From: Bdellovibrionota bacterium
GTDB lineage: Bacteria; Bdellovibrionota_C; UBA2361; JBIKWN01
NCBI GenBank assembly: GCA_044356295.1
Contig: JBIKWN010000028.1
Coordinates: forward strand, 1 to 30,587
DNA: 30,587 nucleotides
Reading direction: 5' to 3'
Both the position numbers and the translations under genes were made by a program. A model generated the notes under the pieces. That model had not been told where the DNA came from, ran no database searches, and saw only the letters and a list, made by a program, of their open reading frames with translations. Of the stretch, positions 17,973 through 27,736 are shown one piece after another. How positions within the stretch are numbered: position 1 is the first letter of the stretch; the number at the start of each line of letters is the position of its first letter.

Positions 17973-18749
17973 ATGTTAGACAATCTCATTGAACTTTATA
18001 AATTTCGCGCACTCCTTTCTGCGCTCGTAACTCGGCATCTGTATTCGCGGTACAGAGGATCTATGCTTGGGCTTTTTTGGACGTTATTAAACCCACTTTG
18101 TTTAATGGTCGTTTATACACTTGTGTTTCACTACTACTTACGGGGGAACAGTATTCCTCATTATGAAATATTTCTTTTCTGTGGACTGCTCCCTTGGATA
18201 TGGTTGACGAGTGCTCTTGCGGAAGGAACGAGTTCAATTGTGGCAAGTGGACACCTGATTACAAAATCAATGTTTCCTGCACACCTTTTACCCGCAGTTG
18301 CTATAACAACGAACTTTTGTAATTTTCTTTTTTCAATTCCACTCCTTTTTATCTTTATGTTCTTTCAAGGAGTAACATTTCACTGGTCGCTTTTAGCTCT
18401 ACCGCTCGTTTTTATTTTACAACTTTTTTTCTTAAATGGTCTTACCGTCCTTTTAAGTAGTGTGAATGTTTTATATAGAGATATTCAACACATTGTTGGA
18501 AATGTTATTACATTACTTTTTTTTCTAAATCCAATTGTTTATTCGTCATCAGTTATTCCTGAAAAGTATCAATGGACACTCTACGCTAATCCATTCTCAC
18601 TTTTTACGATTACATATCAACAGATTATACTGGAAGGTGTCGTGAGTACCTCAAAATTAGGACTCCTTTTAATATATGTTCTTATTGCACTCATCATAGG
18701 ACATAACGTATTTAATCGTCTTAGAGAAAGATTGGCAGAATATCTATGA
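17973..18749 (+). CDS. wzm: Polysaccharide ABC exporter permease
   Basis: RYRGSMLGLFWTLLNPL, GLLPW, LITKSMFP, YRDIQHI, PIVY and NPF. Confidence 0.95.
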   Translation: MLDNLIELYKFRALLSALVTRHLYSRYRGSMLGLFWTLLNPLCLMVVYTLVFHYYLRGNSIPHYEIFLFCGLLPWIWLTSALAEGTSSIVASGHLITKSMFPAHLLPAVAITTNFCNFLFSIPLLFIFMFFQGVTFHWSLLALPLVFILQLFFLNGLTVLLSSVNVLYRDIQHIVGNVITLLFFLNPIVYSSSVIPEKYQWTLYANPFSLFTITYQQIILEGVVSTSKLGLLLIYVLIALIIGHNVFNRLRERLAEYL

Positions 18750-19792
18750 TTCATCAGTTGGTTCATACCCTTAATTATGGTGATGCAATATCCGGTGAAG
18801 CATTAGCTCTGCAACGAGTGTTTCGAGCGCGTGGTATTGAAAGCGAGATTTATTCTATTAATACACATCCTAAATACAAAGGGATGACAATTGATTATCG
18901 TGATTTTAATCGCGGATTTATGGGTGAAGTTGTACTACACTATTCACTTGGTTCACCGCTTAATGAACTGTACCGAAACTTACCACTCGCAAAGCGCTCA
19001 ATGATTTATCACAACCTAACTCCATCGAAGTGGTTTAGGGGTATAAATCCAAGAATAGTTGCTGATATTGAAGAAGGTTTGGCGGAGCTTCCAGATCTAT
19101 TAAAAATCTCTGATAAAATTATTGCAGACTCTAAGTTTAATGCTGGTGAATTAAAAGTTTACGGAGTCGATGCAACTGTATTGGGCCTTCCCTTTGATCC
19201 TATACGGTGGCAGATAGAGCGAAACGAAGGATTTTATAACCTTCTTAAGAATGAAGGTGGCATTCATGTGCTGCATGTTGGCCGCGTTGCTCCTAATAAA
19301 TGTTTAGAAGATATTATTAAAGCGTTCTATTTTCTTCATCATAAAATAGATAAACGTTCTCGTTTGTGGCTTCCAGGTATTGATATTGATACTGAGCTCT
19401 ACTCATTTTCATTAAAACGAATGGTCCATGAATTTCAACTGACCGGAGTTGTCGAATTCTGTGGTGGAAGAAGTGATGACGAGTTGAAAGCTCTTTATGA
19501 AGCAGCTTCGGTATATGTTTGTACGAGTGAGCATGAAGGTTTTTGTTTGCCAGTCGTGGAAGCGATGAACTTTAATCTTCCTGTTATTGGTTATAACTCC
19601 TCTGCGCTGCCTGAAACGATTGGCAGCGGTGGTATTATCGTCAACGACAAGGATCCACATAAACTTGCGGAACTTATCTATCAAGTCTCTACTGATGCTA
19701 ATTTAAGACTCGCTTTAATTGAACGAGGACTTGAGCGTGTTAAAGATTTTACCTTTAAAGAATTTAACGACCAGGTTGATCTTCTTTTTTAA
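18746..19792 (+). CDS. GT4 glycosyltransferase
   Basis: YGDAIS, YHNLTP, HVGRVAPNK and SEHEGFCLPVVEAM (EX7E). Overlaps the wzm stop (ATGA). Confidence 0.93.
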   Translation: MIHQLVHTLNYGDAISGEALALQRVFRARGIESEIYSINTHPKYKGMTIDYRDFNRGFMGEVVLHYSLGSPLNELYRNLPLAKRSMIYHNLTPSKWFRGINPRIVADIEEGLAELPDLLKISDKIIADSKFNAGELKVYGVDATVLGLPFDPIRWQIERNEGFYNLLKNEGGIHVLHVGRVAPNKCLEDIIKAFYFLHHKIDKRSRLWLPGIDIDTELYSFSLKRMVHEFQLTGVVEFCGGRSDDELKALYEAASVYVCTSEHEGFCLPVVEAMNFNLPVIGYNSSALPETIGSGGIIVNDKDPHKLAELIYQVSTDANLRLALIERGLERVKDFTFKEFNDQVDLLF

Positions 19793-19801
19793 GATGTTTC
19801 T

Positions 19802-20977
19802 ATGCCAAACGTTGGAATCGATATTAGTGCCCTCAGCCCAGAGTTTAAAGAACATGCACTGCGTGGTATCGGACGTTACGCATTCGAATTACAAAAGTTT
19901 TTTGCAGAAGCTTCTTCAGAAAAAATAAAAGTAGACACCTTTCGCCACAGTGAAGTATCAGTTCCCAAGTGGATTGATTCTTTAATTACGATGTTACCTG
20001 CAGGTCAGCAAACAGTAAGACAGCAGATTTTTTTTCCGATTACATTGGGATTGCGGCTAAAGAAGCGTTTTGACCTACTTCATTTTCTTGCTCAAACAGA
20101 TGCGCCTTCTTGGTGTACTCAGCCTTATGCTTTAACGGTGCATGATGTCATTCCTCTTGCACTTCCAGATCTGTATAAAGCGAACAAGCCAAACTGGAGG
20201 TATAATCTTGCTAGGTATCTTGAGCAAAAAGCTATTCGTAACGCACACCATATTTTTACAGTGAGCAATCACAGTGCTCGTGACATTGAGCGATATCTAG
20301 GAATTCCGCCTGAAAAGATATCTGTTACTTATAATGGAATCTCTGAAATATTTTTCTCTGAGCCAACCAAATCTTCTGAAGATGTAAGGATGAATCTGAA
20401 ACTTCCATCAGAAAGAAAAATAATACTGTATGTCGGCGGCATTGATCCAAGAAAGAATATAGTGCGATTAATCGAAATATTTGAAGTGACATGCAGAAAA
20501 ATGCTCGATAAAGGTGAGTCACTTCCAATACTTGTCCTTGCTGGCAGGATTCGAAATGACCGAGAGTACCCACGGCTTTTTGAAGTTATCAAGGCTTCCG
20601 CATTTAGAAATGAAATTTTTGAAACCGATTTTATTGCCGATGAGGATCTTGTTTCGTTGTTTAAAACAGCCTCAGTCTTTGCTTTTCCTAGTCTTTATGA
20701 GGGTTTTGGGCTCACTCCGCTAGAAGCTGCGGCGAGTGGGCTTCCTGTGGTAAGCTCTAACCGCTCCTGTATGCCAGAGGTGCTCGAAGACGCAGCACTT
20801 CTTTGTGATCCTGATGATATCGATCGTTTCGCAACGCATCTTGTTGAAGTTTTATGCATGTCTGATCTTGCTGAATCTCTTCAAGTTCGTGGTCCTCTAC
20901 AGGCGCGAAAATTTAATTGGTATGAAACCGGTCAAAAGACCCTTGCTGTATACGAAAAGATCCTGTGCTCCAAATAA
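19802..20977 (+). CDS. GT4 glycosyltransferase (MtfB/WbdA-like)
   Basis: RGIGRY, TVHDVIP, YVGGIDPRKN and FPSLYEGFGLTPLEAAASG. Confidence 0.93.
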   Translation: MPNVGIDISALSPEFKEHALRGIGRYAFELQKFFAEASSEKIKVDTFRHSEVSVPKWIDSLITMLPAGQQTVRQQIFFPITLGLRLKKRFDLLHFLAQTDAPSWCTQPYALTVHDVIPLALPDLYKANKPNWRYNLARYLEQKAIRNAHHIFTVSNHSARDIERYLGIPPEKISVTYNGISEIFFSEPTKSSEDVRMNLKLPSERKIILYVGGIDPRKNIVRLIEIFEVTCRKMLDKGESLPILVLAGRIRNDREYPRLFEVIKASAFRNEIFETDFIADEDLVSLFKTASVFAFPSLYEGFGLTPLEAAASGLPVVSSNRSCMPEVLEDAALLCDPDDIDRFATHLVEVLCMSDLAESLQVRGPLQARKFNWYETGQKTLAVYEKILCSK

Positions 20978-22731
20978 GTAACCTCGTTAAACATTACGGA
21001 AACCAAACCATTTTTGATGGTGCATCACTCGTTCTTAATCAAGGAGATCGATTGGGGCTTATCGGAAGAAACGGTTCTGGGAAATCAACATTATTTAAAC
21101 TTATTCTCGATGAAGAGCATCCCGAGAGCGGATTAATTTCTGTTCCTAAAGGATATCGCATTGGAAGGTTGTCTCAACATTTAAAGTTTACTGAATCAAC
21201 AATTCTCGCAGAGACGGCATTGGGACTTCCTGTAGAAGAGAGAGATTTAACTTATAAAGCTGAGATTATTCTTAGTGGGTTAGGTTTTTCAGAAGCAGAT
21301 TTTTCCAGACACCCAGATGAATTTAGTGGTGGATTCCAGATTCGAGTTAACCTTGCAAAACTTATCTTATCAGAGCCTGATCTTTTATTACTTGATGAAC
21401 CGACAAACTATTTAGATATTTTGTCTGCTCGGTGGTTAAGAACCATGCTTCAAAGCTGGAAGCGAGAACTCATTATTATTACTCACGACCGCCATTTTAT
21501 GGATAGCGTGACAACGCACACTGCCCTTATTTACCGAGGAACGTTTCGAAAAATTCTTGGACCAACTCAAAAACTATACGACACAATTAGTATTGATGAG
21601 GAAGTATATGAGAAGACAAGAGTCAACGATGAAAAGAAACGAAAAGAACTTGAACAATTTATAAATCGATTTCGTGCCAAAGCTAGTAAAGCGGCTCTTG
21701 TACAATCAAGAGTGAAAGCATTAGAGAAAATGGAAGTTAAAGATGCTTTAACTGAAGAGGATTCTTTGGAGTTTGCATTTCGAACCGTTTCTTTTTTTGG
21801 AAAAACACTTCTTGAAGCAAAAGATGTTACGTTCGGTTATAAACCTAATCAGCTGCTCATATCAAAACTAACTTTCTCCATGGGAAAAAAGGATAGAGTA
21901 GGGATTATTGGTAAAAATGGTCAAGGAAAGTCGACGCTTCTTAGGCTTCTTGCAAATGATTTGGTGCCTCTGTCTGGTTCTGTTACTTATGCACAAGGTA
22001 CACGACTTGCTTATTTTGGTCAGACAAACGTCGATAGGCTTGATCCTAAAAAGACCGTTGAAGAAGAGATAACGAGTGTTGATGGTACGCTTCACCGAAC
22101 AAAGGTACGGGGAATCTGTGGAACAATGATGTTTGAAGGCGATGCTGCGTTAAAGAAAATTAATGTTCTTTCGGGTGGTGAAAAAGCACGTGTTTTATTA
22201 GGTAAAATCCTAGTTACTCCGTCAAACTTATTACTCCTTGATGAACCAACAAACCATCTTGATATGGACTCAGTGGAGGCGCTCACTAATGCGCTTGAGG
22301 ATTTTGATGGTGGAATGATTTTAGTAACTCACGATGAGGGGCTCTTGAGGTCACTTTGTACTCGACTTGTCGTATTTCAAGGAGAGAAACCATTTGTTTT
22401 TGAAGGAACCTATGATGATTTCCTCGAAAAAATTGGATGGGAAGAAGAGGGCGAAATGACGAGCTCTCGAACTCAAAAATCAGAAACGATACGACATGGA
22501 AAAGAAGCTCTCGAAGGGAAAGCTCAAAAAGTAAAAGATAAAAAGATTGCCCAACTTGAAAAAACAATGAATGGGCTTGAGGAAAAACAACGCCTTTTAG
22601 AAGGTCATCTAGAGGAAGCTTCATCTGCCCAAGATATAAAAAGGATTGAAGAGCTTTCAGTAAAGTTGTTTGATGTGATCGAACAGATCAATGCAACCTA
22701 TGCCTCACTAGAGAGTGTCTATGAAGAATAG
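20965..22731 (+). CDS. ABC-F family ATPase
   Basis: Two NBDs (GRNGSGKST/FSGG/LLLDEPTNYLD and GKNGQGKST/LSGGEK/LLLDEPTNHLD), linker FINRFRAKASKA and a C-terminal coiled coil; no TM segments. Confidence 0.95.
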   Translation: MLQISNLVKHYGNQTIFDGASLVLNQGDRLGLIGRNGSGKSTLFKLILDEEHPESGLISVPKGYRIGRLSQHLKFTESTILAETALGLPVEERDLTYKAEIILSGLGFSEADFSRHPDEFSGGFQIRVNLAKLILSEPDLLLLDEPTNYLDILSARWLRTMLQSWKRELIIITHDRHFMDSVTTHTALIYRGTFRKILGPTQKLYDTISIDEEVYEKTRVNDEKKRKELEQFINRFRAKASKAALVQSRVKALEKMEVKDALTEEDSLEFAFRTVSFFGKTLLEAKDVTFGYKPNQLLISKLTFSMGKKDRVGIIGKNGQGKSTLLRLLANDLVPLSGSVTYAQGTRLAYFGQTNVDRLDPKKTVEEEITSVDGTLHRTKVRGICGTMMFEGDAALKKINVLSGGEKARVLLGKILVTPSNLLLLDEPTNHLDMDSVEALTNALEDFDGGMILVTHDEGLLRSLCTRLVVFQGEKPFVFEGTYDDFLEKIGWEEEGEMTSSRTQKSETIRHGKEALEGKAQKVKDKKIAQLEKTMNGLEEKQRLLEGHLEEASSAQDIKRIEELSVKLFDVIEQINATYASLESVYEE

Positions 22732-24676
22732 TATGAAGCCCGCTGATTGGTGTTGGCTTTTAGGAGTAATTATCTTTGGCTGTGGGATGCGCTTTTTTTA
22801 CCTTTCTGCTTCTCATTTTATTATAGATTCTGATGAAGCAATCGTAGGGCTCATGGCAAAACACATATTAGAAACAGGAATTATTCCTGTTTTTTACTAT
22901 GGGCAGCATTATATGGGTTCACTCGAGCCGATTACCGCTGCATTTTTTTTTAGTATTTTTGGAAGCTCAAATACAACACTTCATGCAGCGCCGTTTTTCT
23001 GGTTTTTTTTAACTCAGATTGCATTTTTTAAACTTTGCTTTGAAAACATAAGTCGAATGAATGCTCGTATTTCGGGAGTTCTATTTGCTGTCGCACCAAT
23101 CGGGTTTATTGAATGGAGTACAAAAGCACGCGGTGGTTTTATAGAGATTGTTTTTCTTATTACTTTTGCATTTCTTTTTTTAATGAGGGCGGTCAGGGAA
23201 AATAGAATCAAACAAATTCGTTTTAATCTTTGCACTGCTGCATTTATTCTGGGAGTAGGGTGGTGGGTTAATAATCAGATAGTCTACCTGTTTCCTTTTG
23301 CTGGAATTGTTTTTCTTATTACTTTGATTCCATTTGGAATAAAAAACTTTTCTATTATTACGTTATTGAGTTTCTTTTGTTTTCTGTTTGGAGGCAGTCC
23401 GTATTGGATTTACAATATTATTCATAGCGGCGCATCGTTTGGGATGTTTCATTTAGCTTCTTTTTCTGAAGTAATCGATCATACAAAAGGAGCTTTCCAA
23501 CATGCCGTGCCAATTATTCTAGGCACACGTGGGTTTAATCAAAACCAAGATATTATTCCAGGTTCATGGATCGTTGCGAATCTTTTAATCCTTTATTCGC
23601 TTTACAAAGGGCTAAACGCGTTTCTTACCTCTCGTTTTTCGTTTCATCAAAGAATAATGATCGGTGGGTGTGTTATCTCTGTCATGACAATACTAATCGT
23701 ATTTGTCATAAGTATTTTTGGATCACTCTCTGTTGCTCCTCGGTACTTACTTCCTTTATATATTTTCTTTCTGCCATTAATTGCAGTTCATGCCGAACAT
23801 ACTAAAAACAAATACGTAAGATACTTTCCAGTCGTTGTTTTATTAGCGCTATCCTTGATTTCAAATTACTGGGGCGGGATGCGAATCTCTGGGCAGCCTA
23901 TTGTGCATAGTGGTGAGCGAGTTTCGAAAGATAATCAAGAACTCATATCGTGGCTTGCGTCAGAAAATATCCATCTTGTGAGAACGAACTATTGGATTGG
24001 ATACAGATTAGCATTCGAATCGAATGAAGCAGTTCGATTTCTGATTTTTCAACCTCCTCGTGAAACGAGAATTCGAGCATATGAAAAACTTGTTCAGTCG
24101 AAACAAGAGCTGCTTGAGACACCATTAGTAGTAACGACACTGCAAGCTCAATATATCCGCGAGGCATTGCAAACGTTAGATATTACATTCCGAGAAACTC
24201 AAAAATCTGGCTATTTTATTTTTGATAAACTCTCACTTCCTTGGCTTAGTGATCTAAAAGAAATTCAAAAGGTTCTCTATCAAGTTTCTACAGATCTTCA
24301 TCCGGAAGAAATTGTTAATATGACAGATGATGATCCTGAAACAAGATGGGCATCTCATAAGCCACAATCCGCAGGCATGGCATTTCAAATTACTTTTCAA
24401 AATCCACAGTTGATTCGTTTGATCGATCTTGATGTCGGAAAATTTACAAATGATTTCCCTCGTACTTTACAAGTTGAGGTTAAGACGGCTCATGACGCAT
24501 CGTTTAAAGAAATTTATTCCGACCGTGCAGCAAAAAGTATTCAGTATTTTCTTGATTCTCAAAATGACAGTGGAATTCTTTTTAAGCCAACAATCCTTAC
24601 AAACATTCAGGTGATTCAGACTGGTAAAGATTCTTTTTTTGACTGGTCTGTTGCGGAGTTGAAACTATTCCAGTAG
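22715..24676 (+). CDS. GT-C (ArnT/PMT-like) membrane glycosyltransferase with a C-terminal discoidin (F5/8 type C) domain
   Basis: First-loop DSDEAIVGLMAKHI and FYYGQHYMGSLE, many TM helices, and PRYLLP. C-terminal MTDDDPETRWAS...Q...DFPR...WSVAELKLF. The ATG at 22721 or 22733 is an alternative start. Confidence 0.88.
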   Translation: MSMKNSMKPADWCWLLGVIIFGCGMRFFYLSASHFIIDSDEAIVGLMAKHILETGIIPVFYYGQHYMGSLEPITAAFFFSIFGSSNTTLHAAPFFWFFLTQIAFFKLCFENISRMNARISGVLFAVAPIGFIEWSTKARGGFIEIVFLITFAFLFLMRAVRENRIKQIRFNLCTAAFILGVGWWVNNQIVYLFPFAGIVFLITLIPFGIKNFSIITLLSFFCFLFGGSPYWIYNIIHSGASFGMFHLASFSEVIDHTKGAFQHAVPIILGTRGFNQNQDIIPGSWIVANLLILYSLYKGLNAFLTSRFSFHQRIMIGGCVISVMTILIVFVISIFGSLSVAPRYLLPLYIFFLPLIAVHAEHTKNKYVRYFPVVVLLALSLISNYWGGMRISGQPIVHSGERVSKDNQELISWLASENIHLVRTNYWIGYRLAFESNEAVRFLIFQPPRETRIRAYEKLVQSKQELLETPLVVTTLQAQYIREALQTLDITFRETQKSGYFIFDKLSLPWLSDLKEIQKVLYQVSTDLHPEEIVNMTDDDPETRWASHKPQSAGMAFQITFQNPQLIRLIDLDVGKFTNDFPRTLQVEVKTAHDASFKEIYSDRAAKSIQYFLDSQNDSGILFKPTILTNIQVIQTGKDSFFDWSVAELKLFQ

Positions 24677-24784
24677 GTTGGCATCTGAGAGATGGTGAAT
24701 TTTCATTGTTTATAAACAGCGTTTCTGTTTTAAGCTATTGAATTTATTGGGTAATTTATATTTTTATAAAATGTGTATTGCCGG

Positions 24785-24813
24785 TTGAATAAAATCACAG
24801 GGATACTTACTAT
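24785..24813 (+). promoter_or_regulatory. Sigma-70-type promoter of the beta-barrel gene
   Basis: TTGAAT-N17-TACTAT with an AT-rich upstream tract; GGAG RBS at 24860-24863. Confidence 0.65.
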
Positions 24814-24872
24814 CCTCGGGCTCTAGATATATTTTGTAGAGTTTTAACTAGTTAACTTTGGAGATAATTATA

Positions 24873-25961
24873 ATGATGCAAGTAAGAAAGATTGCTGGCG
24901 TAGTTGCTGCTAGCGCGCTTCTTTTTGCTGGATCCGTGGTTGCAGATGGTCGTGAGGACTACTACACCCAAACGAGCCAGCTTAGCTACTTCAACACACC
25001 AGAAAACGCTCGTACTATCGGTATGGCGGGTTCAAGTGTTGCAACCTCTTCGGATTCATCAAGCGTCGTCGGAAACCCTGCTGGTCTAGGTTTCATGAAG
25101 GATGCTGACGTTTCTGTAACATATTCAAGAAATAACATCAGTGGTAACGACGCTGATACTTTCAATGGTGCGCAAGCTGAGATCGATGGCGGTCAAGCTT
25201 TGGTTGCTCTTCCAATCGTTCCAACTCTTGATGGTACACCTAAATACGGTACTTTCGGACTTGGTTGGACTGGATTCAAAGGTGATACAAATGATTCAGA
25301 TAATACTGAGTTAGATAACTATTCACTTAACCTAGCTTACGGTAAAGATCTTTCTGATCAACTTGCTGTTGGTTATGCACTTGCTTACAACCAAAATAAA
25401 ATCAAAGCTTTTGCTCCAGGTGGAAGCCTGACCGCAAAAATGGATGATGGTGTTCGTCAAGAAATCGGTGCTCAGTACAAAGCTTCAAAAGCTACAACGT
25501 ATGGTGTTTCAACTCATTACGGTTTTGGTAAATTTGATGCTGAAGGTGCATTAGCTGGTCAAGGTTCTTTCCCAGTTGATTCTGCTGATATCGGAAATTG
25601 GGGCTTGGATCTTGGAGTTGGACACACTTCTGGTGCAACTCTTTACACTGCGTCTGTTGATTACAATCGTTTCAACAATGAAAACGATGATTTCAACGCG
25701 TGGAGCTTCAGAACTGGTCTTGAGCATTCATTGAATAACTACCTTAAAGGACGTCTTGGTTATCGTTATACAGCGATCACTAATGCTGACTTTGGTTATG
25801 GAAACAATAACTCTAAGTTCAATGCAGTTTCACTAGGTCTTGGCGTACAACTCGCTAAATACCTAATGGCTGACTACGGCGCAGAGTACAGAGCTTCAGG
25901 TGATGGAGATTGGTTACATTCAGTAACTCTTTCTGTTCCTTTTAGCCTCTGCAACAACTAA
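24873..25961 (+). CDS. Outer membrane beta-barrel, FadL/OmpP1/PorV-like
   Basis: Signal peptide and hatch motif NARTIGMAGSSVATSSDSSSVVGNPAGLGF, followed by alternating beta strands. The start is moved to the ATG at 24873, which follows the RBS. Codons appear biased to GGT/GCT/ACT/AAC/TTC. Confidence 0.85.
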   Translation: MMQVRKIAGVVAASALLFAGSVVADGREDYYTQTSQLSYFNTPENARTIGMAGSSVATSSDSSSVVGNPAGLGFMKDADVSVTYSRNNISGNDADTFNGAQAEIDGGQALVALPIVPTLDGTPKYGTFGLGWTGFKGDTNDSDNTELDNYSLNLAYGKDLSDQLAVGYALAYNQNKIKAFAPGGSLTAKMDDGVRQEIGAQYKASKATTYGVSTHYGFGKFDAEGALAGQGSFPVDSADIGNWGLDLGVGHTSGATLYTASVDYNRFNNENDDFNAWSFRTGLEHSLNNYLKGRLGYRYTAITNADFGYGNNNSKFNAVSLGLGVQLAKYLMADYGAEYRASGDGDWLHSVTLSVPFSLCNN

Positions 25962-25986
25962 TTCTTTACGGATTTAGTTTAGTAGG

Positions 25987-26019
25987 ACGCCCGGCACGAA
26001 AGTGCTGGGCGTTTTTTTT
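25987..26019 (+). terminator. Rho-independent terminator
   Basis: ACGCCCGGCAC-GAAA-GTGCTGGGCGT followed by a T run. Confidence 0.92.
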
Positions 26020-26166
26020 AACGTGAAGGTCTCGAAGTACTCGAAGGTGTGATTAAACCTTTATCTCAACTCTAAACATCTATTCAATATGTCGCTTTCA
26101 TGAGCCAATTTCTACTTCTTGAATTTTTTTCCTTCGCGTACTTCGCGACCTTCGCGTTAAAAAAAA
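26012..26166. repeat. REP/MITE-like element: 36-bp imperfect inverted repeats made of 9-bp CGCGAAGNN units around an 83-bp AT-rich spacer
   Basis: The left arm T8-AACGTGAAGGTCTCGAAGTACTCGAAGG (26012-26047) matches the reverse complement of the right arm (26131-26166), T8-AACGCGAAGGTCGCGAAGTACGCGAAGG, with 3 mismatches. Confidence 0.85.
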
Positions 26167-26187
26167 TACCGCAATGAAAAGTAAGAA

Positions 26188-27669
26188 TCACAGCACAGGC
26201 GAAGAAAGTGACCAACGAAAAATACCCAACTTCCCACCAAAACTCTTACCAGCAGCAATAATATCCAACGCCCCATCTGTATCTACATCAACGACTTTTA
26301 CACTATTAAGAAGAATATCAGCAGTTCTTAATGAGGAAGAACCAAGCCCACTGGAAGGGCACGTTGCACTTTCACAAGTTATAGCTTCACCCGTTACCGC
26401 ATTATAGACACCAACACCACTTGCAACAGGAATGATGACTTGCTTGCCACCATCATTGAAAAGATCTGTAACGACTGGCGAAATAAAGTTTCCACCCCAC
26501 TGATAATTTCTTCCGCGAAACGATGGAATGATTGACCAAAGTAGTGCACCAGTGGCACCGTCAAAAGCTTTTAATCTGCTTGAGCCGTCTCCACCCACCG
26601 AAGTGGAACCATTTACTGATACAAACACTTCGGACTGACCATCATTGTTAATATCGGAAAGAGCGACTCGTGAACTGGAACACGCCTCTATGCGTAGTGT
26701 CCGCAGGAGCTTTCCTGTTTTTCCACTAAAGATTCTGCTCCACTTACCAACTTTATTATTTGTACGTTGCGGGAAAAAACATCCAGAATTAATGACAACT
26801 TCTGGTCCTGCATTTGTTGGTATGACTTCTCCAACTACTGGTGAAGAAAATAATACTTGTTCAACTGGCTTCATCCATACAAATGCTTTCGGATCTCTAA
26901 AATTAAATTTCTTATTTTTACTTTTAATGGTTTTAAAAGCATAAAGAATTCCACCATTTTTTGTTATCGGTCGAATTTTGCTATTTCCCGAAATATCAGT
27001 TCCAAGAATCATTTCAAGATTTGGTGTGTTATCAATATTAGCAAATGTTGGGGACGACCAAATAGTATCAGCAGCGTTATAATACCAACGCACTGTTCCA
27101 TCGTTGTTTAAAAGATATACGTTCCTATCAAAGCTTCCAAAACCAACCTCCATTTTTCCATCTCCGTCGACATCAGCAATTGCTGGAGATGAAAAAACGG
27201 CATGAAGAACTGCCCAGAACTTTTCTTTTTTAGCAAAATCTTTTGTACTAAATTTCCAAGCTGTTTCTCCGGTTCTGCCGTTGATTGCAACAACACCTCC
27301 TTGGCATCTTTTTGCAAATGGACCGTATCCAATCACAACGTATGGAACACCGTCTCCATATAATGCACCTATCGCAGGACTTGAATTTATTCTTGAAGGT
27401 CCTCCACACCCAGAATCAGGAGTACGTGCTTCCCAAAAAATAGTTCCATCCGCACGTACTGCGGTAATGGTTCCATTAATGCTCGCAGCGACTATTTCTT
27501 TTCCGTTCCCCTTATTACCATCGAGTTCTGCAACTGCAGGTGAACTATAGCCTGCTCGGTCCCCGGTACCTTCAGCTTCTTGATCCCATGATTTGTCGAT
27601 TGATGGTGCTGCTAAAACTGCCTGAGAAGTAATCAAAACTAAATAGAGGAGTGCAAAAAGCCATTTCAT
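26188..27669 (-). CDS. Secreted FG-GAP/VCBS-repeat beta-propeller protein
   Basis: Signal peptide (AVLA) and repeats SSPAVAELDG, SSPAIGAL, SSPAIADVDGDGKMEV, SSPTFANID, SSPVVGEV, SDINNDGQSEV and DVDTDGALDII. Confidence 0.9.
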   Translation of the reverse strand: MKWLFALLYLVLITSQAVLAAPSIDKSWDQEAEGTGDRAGYSSPAVAELDGNKGNGKEIVAASINGTITAVRADGTIFWEARTPDSGCGGPSRINSSPAIGALYGDGVPYVVIGYGPFAKRCQGGVVAINGRTGETAWKFSTKDFAKKEKFWAVLHAVFSSPAIADVDGDGKMEVGFGSFDRNVYLLNNDGTVRWYYNAADTIWSSPTFANIDNTPNLEMILGTDISGNSKIRPITKNGGILYAFKTIKSKNKKFNFRDPKAFVWMKPVEQVLFSSPVVGEVIPTNAGPEVVINSGCFFPQRTNNKVGKWSRIFSGKTGKLLRTLRIEACSSSRVALSDINNDGQSEVFVSVNGSTSVGGDGSSRLKAFDGATGALLWSIIPSFRGRNYQWGGNFISPVVTDLFNDGGKQVIIPVASGVGVYNAVTGEAITCESATCPSSGLGSSSLRTADILLNSVKVVDVDTDGALDIIAAGKSFGGKLGIFRWSLSSPVL

Positions 27670-27736
27670 TGTCTGTATTCTGGTCGGGTGATCCGGTATT
27701 CTTCTTATCGTTTTTACGTTCTTTTCTGATCTGCTT

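Noticed and set aside
24858..24872. TTG start for the beta-barrel gene
   Set aside because: It overlaps the GGAG RBS; the ATG at 24873 gives proper spacing and a normal signal peptide.
26188..27669. FG-GAP protein as an Rhs/Tc toxin component
   Set aside because: No YD repeats, SpvB domain or immunity gene; it looks like a stand-alone secreted propeller.
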